Of a stretch of 64,000 nucleotides of DNA, positions 1 to 10,017 are shown one piece after another. A program made the position numbers and the translations under genes. The notes under the pieces are model-generated. The model worked only from the letters and a program-made list of their open reading frames with translations, did not search any database and was not told the DNA's origin. Every line of letters starts with the position of its first letter. Position 1 is the stretch's first letter. The stretch lies in NCBI GenBank assembly GCA_965207885.1, contig OZ242311.1:1472001-1536000 (forward strand), written 5' to 3'. The stretch comes from Candidatus Latescibacterota bacterium. GTDB taxonomy: Bacteria > Latescibacterota > UBA2968.

Positions 1-1414
1 TGACGATCGCCGTGGTACCTGTAATCTCAACGGCTCGCTGTGCGATATCCGTCTCAATCCCAATCTCGAGACCATCCAGACGCCACACATCCCCTTCGAA
101 CACAGCCACATTTGGCGAAAAAATCTCAAACACAAACTCCCGCGGATGTCCGGCCTCTGTCTGCTGCTCACCTTTGATCTCAGCCTCAATCGACAGACGG
201 CCTAATTCCGCCTTTGCCGCAATCTGTCCAATATGCCGCAACGCGAGCCAACCGGTCTCTCCATCTGACATGCGCCAGTGGATCGTCGCCGGATGGTATT
301 GAAAATTGCGGCCAGAATAGCCACCCGAATCCTCTGCACCGATCATGTAATGCTCATCCAGCCACGCGGTTGCAACGCGCTCTGGTTCAGTCGTAATCCG
401 TTTCTCGACACCTCGCGGACCCTCAAATACCGAAAAAGCGGCAGCGATTTCTAGCGGCGCATCAACTCCCAGAATCGCAAGACAAGGTCCATAATTGAAC
501 TCCGCGTTAATCTCCTCTCCCCCCGGAAACGGCGTCATTTCACGGCCAAACGCGAGCCAGATATGCAAACTCGTAAGCGCGGTATAATGCTTCATATCCA
601 TTCCATAGCTACGCGAAAAAGGCCCGCAGAGATTGCCCAATCCCGCGTGATAATAGCGCGCAATATCCCGCCAGAGTTCTGCCTCCATATACGCACCCAA
701 TTCGTGGAGCGCGCTATTCTCCAGATAGCGTCGCCAGAAACCGAGCGCGTAGAGATTCACACCGTAGTACGTCGGTGAATTGTACTCCGCAAAAGCATTA
801 TTCTGCGCGAACAGGCGATAGACCTCACCCCCAAACTCCTCGCCGTATAAAACCATCTCATCGTTACCGATCCGCTTCCCAACCCACACGCACATCGCAG
901 CCTTCATCAAAGCGATATTCGAATACGTCGGCGGACAGCGATCCGGTGGCTCGCCCACAACAGCCATCTCCAAAGACCGGATCATGCGATCAATCAATCG
1001 CCGGGGCAACCGATCCTCATACTCCTCAAGCACAGTCGCAAACCCAAGCCCGATAAACTGCCGCCAGTTCGGATCATAGGTACGCCACATCACGGCATCA
1101 CCCTCTGAGGGATGCGGCTCGCCCACATAGCGATAAAAAGTACCGTGGTATGGCTTCCCCGGCTCATCGAACTGATTATCGATAATCGCATCAATCGTAC
1201 GGCACACTTGCTCAACATCAGCACCCCGATTGCGAAGCAGAAGCCCCACCGCGAACCAGACCGCATTCCGAACCATCAGCACCGCATCATCTTGGCGATG
1301 AGACCACAACAACGCGCTATCGGGATCCCAGAACCCCTCTGACCACTCGAGCGACTCGGTTGCGAGATGTCTCGCATAAGGCGACAAATCGGATAAAGAA
1401 ATTCCTTCAGACAT
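1..1414 (-). CDS. Conserved hypothetical protein, probable (alpha/alpha)-toroid enzyme; 3' end runs off the window
   Basis: Missing from the ORF track because no stop lies inside the window. Hand translation from ATG 1414 (MSEGISLSDLSPYARHL...) stays open to base 1 and contains YDPNWRQFIG, EYNSPTYYG and GPFSRSYG motifs. Confidence 0.8.
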   Translation of the reverse strand, partial: MSEGISLSDLSPYARHLATESLEWSEGFWDPDSALLWSHRQDDAVLMVRNAVWFAVGLLLRNRGADVEQVCRTIDAIIDNQFDEPGKPYHGTFYRYVGEPHPSEGDAVMWRTYDPNWRQFIGLGFATVLEEYEDRLPRRLIDRMIRSLEMAVVGEPPDRCPPTYSNIALMKAAMCVWVGKRIGNDEMVLYGEEFGGEVYRLFAQNNAFAEYNSPTYYGVNLYALGFWRRYLENSALHELGAYMEAELWRDIARYYHAGLGNLCGPFSRSYGMDMKHYTALTSLHIWLAFGREMTPFPGGEEINAEFNYGPCLAILGVDAPLEIAAAFSVFEGPRGVEKRITTEPERVATAWLDEHYMIGAEDSGGYSGRNFQYHPATIHWRMSDGETGWLALRHIGQIAAKAELGRLSIEAEIKGEQQTEAGHPREFVFEIFSPNVAVFEGDVWRLDGLEIGIETDIAQRAVEITGTTAIV

Positions 1415-1495
1415 CGCGTGTTCCCATGTTCAAATTTGCGTCCTTCATAATATACGCCCTCACTGCAAATCCCTTACTGAAAAATTTTCATTGGG

Positions 1496-2200
1496 CTATG
1501 CCCCCGCCGCATGTTGCCGCAACACTTCGGCAATACGCGTGAAGCGCGTATCCTCGGGAAACTGCTCAAGCCATTCCATCAACGTCTTATTATCCTCTGT
1601 AAACTCGGCATCGGGATCGGCACCATTTTCCAAAAGCAAAGTAACCGTATCGAGATGCCCGTGCCCGCCAGCGCAATACAAAACCGTATGTCCGCGATCA
1701 TTTGTGACATTGACATCTGCGCCATGTGCGATCAACAGACGCACGATTTCCGTATCGCCATTGCGTGCCGCGTGATGCACAGGCTGATCGCCGCGACCAT
1801 CTACCGCCGTCGCCAGATGGGGATGCCTGTTGAGCAATGCCTGCACCCGCGCTATATCCGCGAGAAAGACGGCCCCCAGGAACTGCCGAGACAAATCATC
1901 AGCCGGACGAACATGGGGATCCAGAGCACCGTATTGAATAAGCAGCGAAACAATATTTTTATTATTCGGAACCTCGCCAGCGTAGTGCAACACATAGCCA
2001 TCATGAGCGGACAGATCGGCACCCGCCTCAATAAGCAGCCGCACAATATCCTCGTGTCGCCAGAGTCCCGCGTGGAAAATTGGCCGCCATCCGTATTCAT
2101 CATCCGCGTCAACAACAGTGGGATCGACTGCGATCATTTCGCGCACAGCGTCGATATCCCCACGCCTGCATGCACCGTGAATCGTCGATATATCACTCAT
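1496..2200 (-). CDS. Ankyrin repeat protein
   Basis: Repeated ankyrin motifs: GDQPVHHAARNGDTEIVRLLIAHGADVN and GHTVLYCAGGHGHLDTVTLLLENGADP. Confidence 0.92.
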   Translation of the reverse strand: MSDISTIHGACRRGDIDAVREMIAVDPTVVDADDEYGWRPIFHAGLWRHEDIVRLLIEAGADLSAHDGYVLHYAGEVPNNKNIVSLLIQYGALDPHVRPADDLSRQFLGAVFLADIARVQALLNRHPHLATAVDGRGDQPVHHAARNGDTEIVRLLIAHGADVNVTNDRGHTVLYCAGGHGHLDTVTLLLENGADPDAEFTEDNKTLMEWLEQFPEDTRFTRIAEVLRQHAAGA

Positions 2201-2203
2201 CGC

Positions 2204-2785
2204 TCATCTCCATCTTTTCAAAAACGCCTCAAACTCATTCATATTGGTCACCCCTTCGTCTAGTACAGCTCGGTAAATATCTTGACTTGAAAAGGATCGG
2301 CGATAACCGGGATCCTGCCAGCATTGTGACTTAATCCTGAGAATACTCAGACGTGTCTCTGGCGTTAATCGTCTGGTCAGATCAGCCTCGTAAGCAATCG
2401 CCTGTTGGTATTGGTCTCCATCCAGCGTCCAAATATCAATCTTCCAATCCCCTCTGCGCTCATCTCCCAGATAAACACCCCAGTAAAGCCCCCTTGGAAG
2501 CCCTTCAGTCTGACCAATCCGTTCATTGCGAAAATGCATCTTCACAGGACAAAGGGTCGCAGCAATCTGTCCCCCGAGATGAAAAAAGCGCGTTTCCACA
2601 ATCTCATCCGCCTCCAAATAGATATCCAGATCTCTCCATGTCATCAGTTGCAGTACATAACTACCCGCTATATGGGGAATGCCATATCTCATCAAAAGGC
2701 TCAGTAGTCCCTTTTGATGAAGAATTTTATCCGCTTCGCGACGAATCAACTGATCGGTTTCTATTAAGTTATTGGACACGTTCAC
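2204..2785 (-). CDS. Hypothetical protein with a Pol-beta-type nucleotidyltransferase-like motif
   Basis: GSYVLQLMTWRDLDIY (GS...DxD) plus a distal KIDIW acidic residue; 193 aa; same-strand neighbours tightly packed. Confidence 0.6.
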   Translation of the reverse strand: MNVSNNLIETDQLIRREADKILHQKGLLSLLMRYGIPHIAGSYVLQLMTWRDLDIYLEADEIVETRFFHLGGQIAATLCPVKMHFRNERIGQTEGLPRGLYWGVYLGDERRGDWKIDIWTLDGDQYQQAIAYEADLTRRLTPETRLSILRIKSQCWQDPGYRRSFSSQDIYRAVLDEGVTNMNEFEAFLKRWR

Positions 2786-2823
2786 CCTTAATTATTTGTG
2801 TGTATTAAACTTCAGCCCATGCA

Positions 2824-3126
2824 TTAGTCCTCCGTCTCAACGAGAGACCAACGCTTGCTCATGCGTTTAAGTTCAGGAAGATGCTGAGGCCAATCGTGTA
2901 AAGTGGCTGGGTCAAAGTCAGCTCCATTCGGCCATACCAGAGTATGGACCTCTGGATCAATCCGAACTTGATTAAATAACGATACATCGCGAAGTGGACC
3001 GAATAACTCACCTTCCAATATGGCCTGGAAATCGATAATCTGTTCCGAATTATCGTCAAAACAAACGCGAAGTGTATAGGGTGCCTGTATTTCAAAAAAT
3101 ATCACGCGATATATAGGATGGCGCAT
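2824..3126 (-). CDS. DUF2442-domain protein (antitoxin-like)
   Basis: YTLRVCFDD...FGPLRDVSLFNQVRID...TLVWPNGADFDPATL signature; AAGGAG RBS upstream. Confidence 0.85.
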   Translation of the reverse strand: MRHPIYRVIFFEIQAPYTLRVCFDDNSEQIIDFQAILEGELFGPLRDVSLFNQVRIDPEVHTLVWPNGADFDPATLHDWPQHLPELKRMSKRWSLVETED

Positions 3127-3137
3127 GTCAGTCTCCT

Positions 3138-3161
3138 TTATCGAAGAGGATCAATTTTGAA
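3138..3161 (-). pseudogene. Possible C-terminal remnant of a DUF4160 partner gene
   Basis: Reads FKIDPLR-stop directly into the RBS of the DUF2442 gene, resembling the usual ...KIEPL(R/K)* end of DUF4160 proteins. Confidence 0.4.
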
Positions 3162-3168
3162 TTAATGC

Positions 3169-3783
3169 TTATCGTCGCGGGCGTCTGCGAGCAATAACAG
3201 AATGAAAACAAAAGCCATCTCGAGGTTCTAATCTGCGATAGTACTCCAATCTGAATGACTTCTGCAGAACTTTGAGCAGCGTCTCTGTCCTTCTCAAAGA
3301 AAAAAACCGCTTTGGTTCGTAAGAATCTCGCTCCAAAATACCCTCAAAATCATCGCCTCCCCACACGCCAACATACATCAACCCGTCCTCCACAAGCCGA
3401 GCCGCAATCAAATCGAAAACCTCATCTATATCTGCCTGCGGAATATGCAGCAGACAATTCATAGAATACACCGCATCAAAAGTCTCGCTCAACTGACCGA
3501 GATTATAGCAATCCAAAACGCGAGCGGAAACGCCCTTTTCTCTCGTCAGCTTCACCATCGCAGGTACATTGTCAACCGCAACAACCTCGAACCCTTGCTC
3601 CTGAAAAAATTTCGCATCGTGACCGGGACCACATCCCACCTCGAGAATAGAACATCGTTGTTCATCTCTCAGGCGCTGCAAAAACTCACTTCTCTCTCTC
3701 GCCTTAAACGCATCGGTAGAGCTATGCTCCCTCTCCAGCGCATGTCTTTCATACGAGGCAATCAAGCTGTTGGTGAACTTCAT
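3169..3783 (-). CDS. Class I SAM-dependent methyltransferase
   Basis: Motif I ILEVGCGPG; FDAVYSMNCLLH; GAGGAGG RBS. Confidence 0.9.
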   Translation of the reverse strand: MKFTNSLIASYERHALEREHSSTDAFKARERSEFLQRLRDEQRCSILEVGCGPGHDAKFFQEQGFEVVAVDNVPAMVKLTREKGVSARVLDCYNLGQLSETFDAVYSMNCLLHIPQADIDEVFDLIAARLVEDGLMYVGVWGGDDFEGILERDSYEPKRFFSLRRTETLLKVLQKSFRLEYYRRLEPRDGFCFHSVIARRRPRR

Positions 3784-3821
3784 GAAAACCTCCTCAAAAT
3801 GGATTGGCAGATGGGAACAGC

Positions 3822-3850
3822 TTGATTTTCAGCCACAGCCTCCTTATTAT
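3822..3850 (+). promoter_or_regulatory. Putative sigma70 promoter of the glutamine synthetase-like gene
   Basis: TTGATT-N17-TATTAT, 56 nt upstream of ATG 3907. Confidence 0.45.
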
Positions 3851-3906
3851 GCCTCGCAACATCCACAAAACCAAAGACATTTTTTGTAGATAGGGCAAAA
3901 AACTTT

Positions 3907-5271
3907 ATGACAACAGATCAAATCAAAGCGCGTCTTGAAAGCGACAAAATACAAAAAATTAAACTCGCTGGCTTCGACATCGACGGCGTTATGCGCGGCA
4001 AATACATATCGCTCGACAAATTTTTTTCTGCCATGGAAAAAGGCCTGGGCTTCTGCGATGTGACATTCGGCTGGGATATGATCGATCAACTCTACGAACA
4101 ACCCACCGTCACGGGCTGGCATACCGGATACCCGGACCTCCTCGCCAAAATTGACCTGAGCACCTATCGCGTAATACCCTGGGAGCAGAATACCGCGTTA
4201 TTTTTACTCGACTTTTACGAAAACAAAAATCAGCCACTTGCGGTATCCCCGCGCCAACTGCTCCAAACAGTCGTACGCAAAGCGAATGACATGGGATTCC
4301 AGCCATACATGTCCGCAGAATACGAATACTTCATCTTTCGGGAAACACCCCATTCCCTGGAAGACAAAGGGTTTGAGAACCTGACCCCACTCTCGCCCGG
4401 CTGGTTTGGCTACAGTATATTGCGGGCATCTGCGGCTTCAGAATTTGTCCACGCAATCATTGATGGAATGGGAGCGTATAAAGTTGAACTGGAAGGGATA
4501 CACACCGAAACGGGACCCGGCGTATATGAAACCGCGATTCGTTACGACACGGCATGCAACGCCGCGGACAAAGCCGCGCTATTCAAAACAGGCGTCAAAG
4601 AGATACTATCCAGACACGAACTCGTCGCAACCTTTATGGCGAGATGGAGTCCAGACTACCCCGGTTGCAGCGGGCACCTGCACCAGAGCTTGTGGAATTT
4701 AGAGGGAGACACAAATCTATTTGCCGATGAATCAGAAGTGTCGGGTATGTCCCAAATAATGAAACACTATATCGCGGGACAAATTGCTGCAATGCCCCAC
4801 ATGATGGCACTGATATGCCCGACCATCAACGCCTACAAGCGGACAGTCCCCGGAGCCTGGGCACCGACCAACGCCTCCTGGGGCATTGAAAATAGAACCG
4901 CATCTCTCCGCGCGATTCCAGGTACATCCCCTGAATCCACGCGCACCGAATATCGACTGGCAGGTGCAGACGCCAATCCTCACATCTCGATAGCGGCCAG
5001 CCTCGCCGCCGGACTATACGGCATAGAGCATCAACTCGACCCCGACGAGCCATTCAACGGCAATGCCTACGAAGCTCCCGAAGGGCGATTTGCACCATTG
5101 CCAAAATCACTTGAAGAAGCGACAGATCAATTAAAAAATAGCGAAATTACCCGCGCTTGCCTCGGCGACGCATTTGTGGATCACTTCGCAATCACACGCG
5201 AACACGAAATTGCGGAATATCGCCGCGCCATAACGGATTGGGAACTCAAGCGATACTTTGAGATCATCTGA
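3907..5271 (+). CDS. Glutamine synthetase family protein (likely gamma-glutamyl-amine ligase, PuuA/GlnA-like, rather than GSI)
   Basis: DIDGVMRGK, HTETGPGVYE, SGHLHQSL, WGIENRT and EYRLAGADANP motifs; ends WELKRYFE. Confidence 0.88.
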   Translation: MTTDQIKARLESDKIQKIKLAGFDIDGVMRGKYISLDKFFSAMEKGLGFCDVTFGWDMIDQLYEQPTVTGWHTGYPDLLAKIDLSTYRVIPWEQNTALFLLDFYENKNQPLAVSPRQLLQTVVRKANDMGFQPYMSAEYEYFIFRETPHSLEDKGFENLTPLSPGWFGYSILRASAASEFVHAIIDGMGAYKVELEGIHTETGPGVYETAIRYDTACNAADKAALFKTGVKEILSRHELVATFMARWSPDYPGCSGHLHQSLWNLEGDTNLFADESEVSGMSQIMKHYIAGQIAAMPHMMALICPTINAYKRTVPGAWAPTNASWGIENRTASLRAIPGTSPESTRTEYRLAGADANPHISIAASLAAGLYGIEHQLDPDEPFNGNAYEAPEGRFAPLPKSLEEATDQLKNSEITRACLGDAFVDHFAITREHEIAEYRRAITDWELKRYFEII

Positions 5272-6766
5272 ACGCCTCCACAATATAATTCCCCACCCGC
5301 AGGGCATTTGCCGCAATCGTCAAACTCGGATTGACGCCGCCAGACGTGGGAAACACGCTCCCATCCGTCACAAACAAATTGTCAATCCCTCTGAACTGGC
5401 AGTTCTCATCCAATACACTCGTCTCTTCATCATCGCCCATACGCACCGACCCCACGCCGTGGGAAAAAGTGTCGATGCGATACGTATGAAAAAAAAGCGC
5501 GCCTGACGCACGCAAAATCCCCCTAGCCTTCTCCACCAGATAATCGCGGCGGTCGCAATCACGCGCTGTGTACTGATGTATGACCTGTGCGCGGCTGATG
5601 CCATAAACATCCTTCTCATCTGCCAGCGCAACGCGATTCTCAAACTGCGGCTCATCCTCTGCAACACACAACAGATTCTGCAAAAAGCCAGCAGCTATTG
5701 CCGTCAGATTTTTAAGTCCAAAAGGCGCGTGGTGCTTCAGTGCTATAGGCGACGGCGTGTAAATATCCTGAATCACCCCAACGGCGCGACCGTCCTGCCC
5801 TCGAAAATCCCCGTAAAAATCAGAAAAACACACCTGCTTGTGAAACACCTGTTCGGGATTCGTGCGAAACGGAAACACCCCTGCCACAACAGCATTGCAA
5901 TGCCGCATCAGAAAACGCCCAATCAAATCGCCCTGCGGAAGCGAATGCAACTCTGACCGCAACAAGATAGCCGGACTTTGCAGCGCCCCTGCAGCGACAA
6001 CAGCAACAGACGCGGGCACTTCAAACGCCTTTTTTGTACGCCGATCCACACACGCCACAGCGCACACGCGCCCCCGTTTGCAAATAACACGCGCAACCTG
6101 CACGCCCGTCAAAATATCAGCCCCTGCATCTTGTGCCAACTTGAGCAAAGTCATCGTCAGATCATTTTTAGCCTCAATTTGACACGGAAACCCATCGCAG
6201 GTCAAACATCGAATACACACGGTTCGCGCTCGATCCGAAAAATTGATCGCCAATGGCATGCGAAAAGGCCGATACCCCAGCGCGCGTCCAGCATCCCAAA
6301 TGCGTTGTGCAGGACGGGACAGTTCAATAGGCGGATACAAATAGTCGCCCGTCCGCGGCGGTTCGCACGGATCAACACCCACTTCTCCATGCACTTCCAA
6401 CAAGCGCTCGACACAATCGTAATGCGGAGCCAGATCCCCATACAAAATCGGCCACGCGACCAGATCTTCTTCGCGCAGCCTCAGCGATGCCCCACCGTAA
6501 AACACGGACATCCCACCAACCACCTCATTCTCGACCACATCTGAAAAATCGCGGTCCTCATATTGCCTCACCCGAAGCGGCGATGGACCTTGATAGCGTT
6601 TCTCAACCAGCACAGAACGGGGATCCCAATCCTTTGCATCGCGCCTTGCCCAATCGCCCCGTTCCAACAGCAAAACCTTCATACCCGCCGCAGCCAACAC
6701 ATAAGCGCAGGCACTACCTCCAAATCCCGTACCGATAATAACGGCGTCGTAATCGTTAAAATTCAT
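5264..6766 (-). CDS. GMC family FAD oxidoreductase
   Basis: IIGTGFGG Rossmann motif; C-terminal HGVGSVRMG and DGSVFPTSGGVNPSLTIAANA; CIRCLTCDGFPC. Confidence 0.92.
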   Translation of the reverse strand: MNFNDYDAVIIGTGFGGSACAYVLAAAGMKVLLLERGDWARRDAKDWDPRSVLVEKRYQGPSPLRVRQYEDRDFSDVVENEVVGGMSVFYGGASLRLREEDLVAWPILYGDLAPHYDCVERLLEVHGEVGVDPCEPPRTGDYLYPPIELSRPAQRIWDAGRALGYRPFRMPLAINFSDRARTVCIRCLTCDGFPCQIEAKNDLTMTLLKLAQDAGADILTGVQVARVICKRGRVCAVACVDRRTKKAFEVPASVAVVAAGALQSPAILLRSELHSLPQGDLIGRFLMRHCNAVVAGVFPFRTNPEQVFHKQVCFSDFYGDFRGQDGRAVGVIQDIYTPSPIALKHHAPFGLKNLTAIAAGFLQNLLCVAEDEPQFENRVALADEKDVYGISRAQVIHQYTARDCDRRDYLVEKARGILRASGALFFHTYRIDTFSHGVGSVRMGDDEETSVLDENCQFRGIDNLFVTDGSVFPTSGGVNPSLTIAANALRVGNYIVEAFR

Positions 6767-7566
6767 TAAACCTCAAACACATACAGAACAATTAACCCAA
6801 CAATAATAACCAGTGCCCCGTAGTGGAATTTTTCTCTGGAATCAATACACCGCTGAATCCGCGGCAAATCGGGGCGAAATTTGCCCGACATCGTGCGCTG
6901 AATATAAGTCTTGTAATACTCCACAACAAAACGCTCCAACCCACCATTCATATACACCAGAAATCCCAACGATATGGGATACATGGGATCATTGAGAAAA
7001 TAGAACAGCGGCGAACAAACCGCCAGCACCAGGCCCGACCGCTGAAACTTCAAAATTTTAAACCCCTCAAACGGCGCGTCTTTATACGCCCCGCCAAGCG
7101 ACACCAGCAGACCCGTGACATAAGCAGTCAGGAGAAAGACCCAGAAACTCGTCACAGGCGCGGGAATCAACAACACGGCAAAAACGCCCAGCACCAGTAC
7201 CGTTCCCACAGCATAACGCAACAAATCACTCGCGACATACCGACCGAAAAACGTAATGCGCGAAGGCACAAAATACTTATCCTGATCTTCCGTGCGGAAA
7301 AACCCCTTGTAAAGCTCGGCCAAAAACCGTTCCAACCCCATAATCAGAAAAAAAATCTGAACCCATCCCAACGCGGAAAAACTCGCCTTAAAAATCGGGA
7401 CAAAATACAACACCGCAAAAATCACAACATGAAAATAAATACTCCGCGGAAAAGTTCTGGGCTTAAAATCCTCATAGGGCGAGTCCTTGAACGCCCCCCA
7501 CAAAGACGTATAAAGTCCAGATACAATACTCACACCCAGGCCAATATAGAAATTCATAGCGATCAT
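6766..7566 (-). CDS. Uncharacterised polytopic membrane protein with a two-fold internal repeat
   Basis: About 7 hydrophobic segments; repeats GAFKDSPYEDFK/GAYKDAPFEGFK and GLERFLAELYK/GLERFVVEYYK; stop overlaps the GMC start. Confidence 0.8.
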   Translation of the reverse strand: MIAMNFYIGLGVSIVSGLYTSLWGAFKDSPYEDFKPRTFPRSIYFHVVIFAVLYFVPIFKASFSALGWVQIFFLIMGLERFLAELYKGFFRTEDQDKYFVPSRITFFGRYVASDLLRYAVGTVLVLGVFAVLLIPAPVTSFWVFLLTAYVTGLLVSLGGAYKDAPFEGFKILKFQRSGLVLAVCSPLFYFLNDPMYPISLGFLVYMNGGLERFVVEYYKTYIQRTMSGKFRPDLPRIQRCIDSREKFHYGALVIIVGLIVLYVFEV

Positions 7567-7585
7567 TCCGATTCGAGTGACTTCT

Positions 7586-10003
7586 TTACTTTACCTTTTT
7601 CTCGCCGCGCCCCCCTTCGAGCACTTCCAAAATAGCGGGCAGCACCAGCACGGCAGCCACAAAACAGGTCAACAAACCAATCAACGCCAGACGCCCAATC
7701 GAATTGAGACCGGGATGCGTCGCCATCATCAATCCAAAAAAGCCCACCATCGTCGTCAGCATAGAAATGAACATCGCCCCACCTGTGCTCCTGATCACCA
7801 CCGGCATAGACCCGGGGCCCTCCTGCCTATATCGGTGATAGAGATGCACTCCATTGTCAATCCCCATGCCAATGATAGTGGGCAGCGCGACCATATTGTA
7901 GAAATTGAGCTTCAAATCCTGTAAATACAGCGAACCACACATCCACACAGTGCCACAGGCAAGGGGAAAAATCACCAGCAAAGCAGAGCGCAAACTGCGA
8001 AAATCAGTCAGTAAAATGAGAAACACGACAATCACCGTCAGCGAGATCGCACGCGGACTATCGCGCAGCATCAGGCGCAACATATCGGCAAAAATAATAT
8101 TGGAACTCGACGAATAAAACACCTTGCCCGACGCAGTCTGAATCTCGTGTGAATCTTCTGCAAATGCAATGGCATTTTTTCCATCGCGCAACTGCACACT
8201 CGGCAAAATTTGTGCGAAATACGCCTGACTGCCATCAATAGTCTCAAATTTTCTCAATAAATTTTCGGGCAAATCCTCAACAGAAAGCCTTTTGACATCC
8301 AACAACTCGCGCAGAGAATCGAGTTTTGCCTTTTGTGTGCCCTTGATCAACTTCGCGCCCTCGCCATCGGCCAGCACGCGAATTTCTCCAATAAGTTCCA
8401 ACTTCTCGTCCTGACCGCGCAACTCTGTCCAGAGCGTTTTGACCTTGTCAATCGTCGGCGTTGGATCATCTTCGGCTATCTTCTTTTCCAATGCATCCAC
8501 AATCTCATCGAGTTCCGTTTTGCTATCCGCCAGCACAATGCCATAAGACTGCGATTCACTGCCGTATTTCGGAATCGTCGTCATCTTCTGTTTCACCTTC
8601 ACAGATGCGGGCAAGTTGGAACGCAAATTGGTAAAATCGTATTCAAAATCGATATCCCGCAAATGAATGCCCAGATATATCGTGAGGAGCAACGCGCCGG
8701 CAATCACCAACTTCGGATATGGGAAATGCCCCCGGCTGTCGCCCCAATTGTGTCCCCACACATGCCGCATGCGAATCCACATGAACCTTTGATCCGCCAG
8801 CACCAGCACAGCGGGCAATACAGTCGTCATAGAGACCAGCGACATGACAATGCCCGTGCCCACAATAAAACCAAACTCGGAAAAGCCCCTGAAATCTGTC
8901 AACGTCAGAGAAAAGAACGCAATAGATGTGGTAATCGCCGCCGTCAAAATAGCCTGTCCAGTCTGACTCAACATCGTCTCTATGGACTTCTGCACATCCG
9001 TCTTGTCCATGCGAACTTCGAGATATCGCGCAAACATGTGAATACCAAAATCGATCCCCAGCCCAAACAAAATCACAAATAGAAAAGCCGTCATGGTATT
9101 CAAATTGCCAATAACCCAATAAGTAATGGCAAACGCCCAGATCAGGCCCATCGCCAGCGGAATAGCCACAAAAAAAGCCGCCAATGGCTGGCGGAAATAA
9201 AACGTCAAAAGCGCGACAATACCCATGACACCAAATATCAACGTCGAGCGGACATCGCTTAAAATGGTATCGTATTCGTCAATTTTGTTCTTAAACGGTC
9301 CTCCGTATTCAATCAACATCTGCGGGTGATACGCTCGCGGATTCACCTTCTTGACCGCCTGCTGGATCACCCGCTGCATATCCTTGGCAAAACCGATATT
9401 ACTCACCGTACCTGCTGCCATTGCCTCCAATGCCAGGATGGTGCGGTCGGAATTGGTATAATACGTCTCGTCCCCATTATCTGCCGTGCGATACTTAGAC
9501 TCAATATCCGAAAAATCGAGCACGGCTTCTTCATCATCAAGCGAAATATACAACGGCGACAGCTTCAACTTTTCCTGGATGATATAATCATCTATGCGCG
9601 TTAGAACCTCATCCAAATCGTCCGTTTCCATAAACAACAGCGCGTTTTTGCGATAAAATTCCGCATCTCGCTTGTAATCGACAAAATTGATGTACGTCTC
9701 GTATTTCTCGTCCTGTAATTCGTGTGCCAGATCCTCGGCAAAACGCCTGTTTGCCTCAAAATCGGGACTCTGTACCAAAACCACCAAACTGCCCACACCG
9801 CCCACGCGCTGTTTGATCTCATTGAGCGTCTTCACACTCTGATAATTTTCCGGGATCAGGGCAACGAGATCCGTCTCGAGCTTCCGTCCAAGCCTGTACA
9901 CAAAAATACTGCAAAAAGCCGTCAACAAAATCGACACCACAAGAATACCTCTGTAGTGCCGATAAGTCCACCCCGCCAAAAAACGAAGCCCCACTTCAAC
10001 CAA
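7586..10003 (-). CDS. MMPL/RND family lipid transporter (HpnN-like)
   Basis: 805 aa with two-fold TM architecture and paired TM4/TM10 motifs GLGIDFGIH and GMGIDNGVH. Confidence 0.9.
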   Translation of the reverse strand: MVEVGLRFLAGWTYRHYRGILVVSILLTAFCSIFVYRLGRKLETDLVALIPENYQSVKTLNEIKQRVGGVGSLVVLVQSPDFEANRRFAEDLAHELQDEKYETYINFVDYKRDAEFYRKNALLFMETDDLDEVLTRIDDYIIQEKLKLSPLYISLDDEEAVLDFSDIESKYRTADNGDETYYTNSDRTILALEAMAAGTVSNIGFAKDMQRVIQQAVKKVNPRAYHPQMLIEYGGPFKNKIDEYDTILSDVRSTLIFGVMGIVALLTFYFRQPLAAFFVAIPLAMGLIWAFAITYWVIGNLNTMTAFLFVILFGLGIDFGIHMFARYLEVRMDKTDVQKSIETMLSQTGQAILTAAITTSIAFFSLTLTDFRGFSEFGFIVGTGIVMSLVSMTTVLPAVLVLADQRFMWIRMRHVWGHNWGDSRGHFPYPKLVIAGALLLTIYLGIHLRDIDFEYDFTNLRSNLPASVKVKQKMTTIPKYGSESQSYGIVLADSKTELDEIVDALEKKIAEDDPTPTIDKVKTLWTELRGQDEKLELIGEIRVLADGEGAKLIKGTQKAKLDSLRELLDVKRLSVEDLPENLLRKFETIDGSQAYFAQILPSVQLRDGKNAIAFAEDSHEIQTASGKVFYSSSSNIIFADMLRLMLRDSPRAISLTVIVVFLILLTDFRSLRSALLVIFPLACGTVWMCGSLYLQDLKLNFYNMVALPTIIGMGIDNGVHLYHRYRQEGPGSMPVVIRSTGGAMFISMLTTMVGFFGLMMATHPGLNSIGRLALIGLLTCFVAAVLVLPAILEVLEGGRGEKKVK

Positions 10004-10017
10004 TGAGTGCCACCTTT

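Noticed and set aside
1496-3783. Integron cassette array (run of small co-oriented accessory genes)
   Set aside because: Intergenic gaps are 3-42 nt with no attC-like inverted structure, and there is no intI in the window.
3907-5271. Housekeeping glnA
   Set aside because: Motifs (DIDGVMRGK, HTETGPG) fit the gamma-glutamyl-amine ligase-like branch better, so the symbol was withheld.
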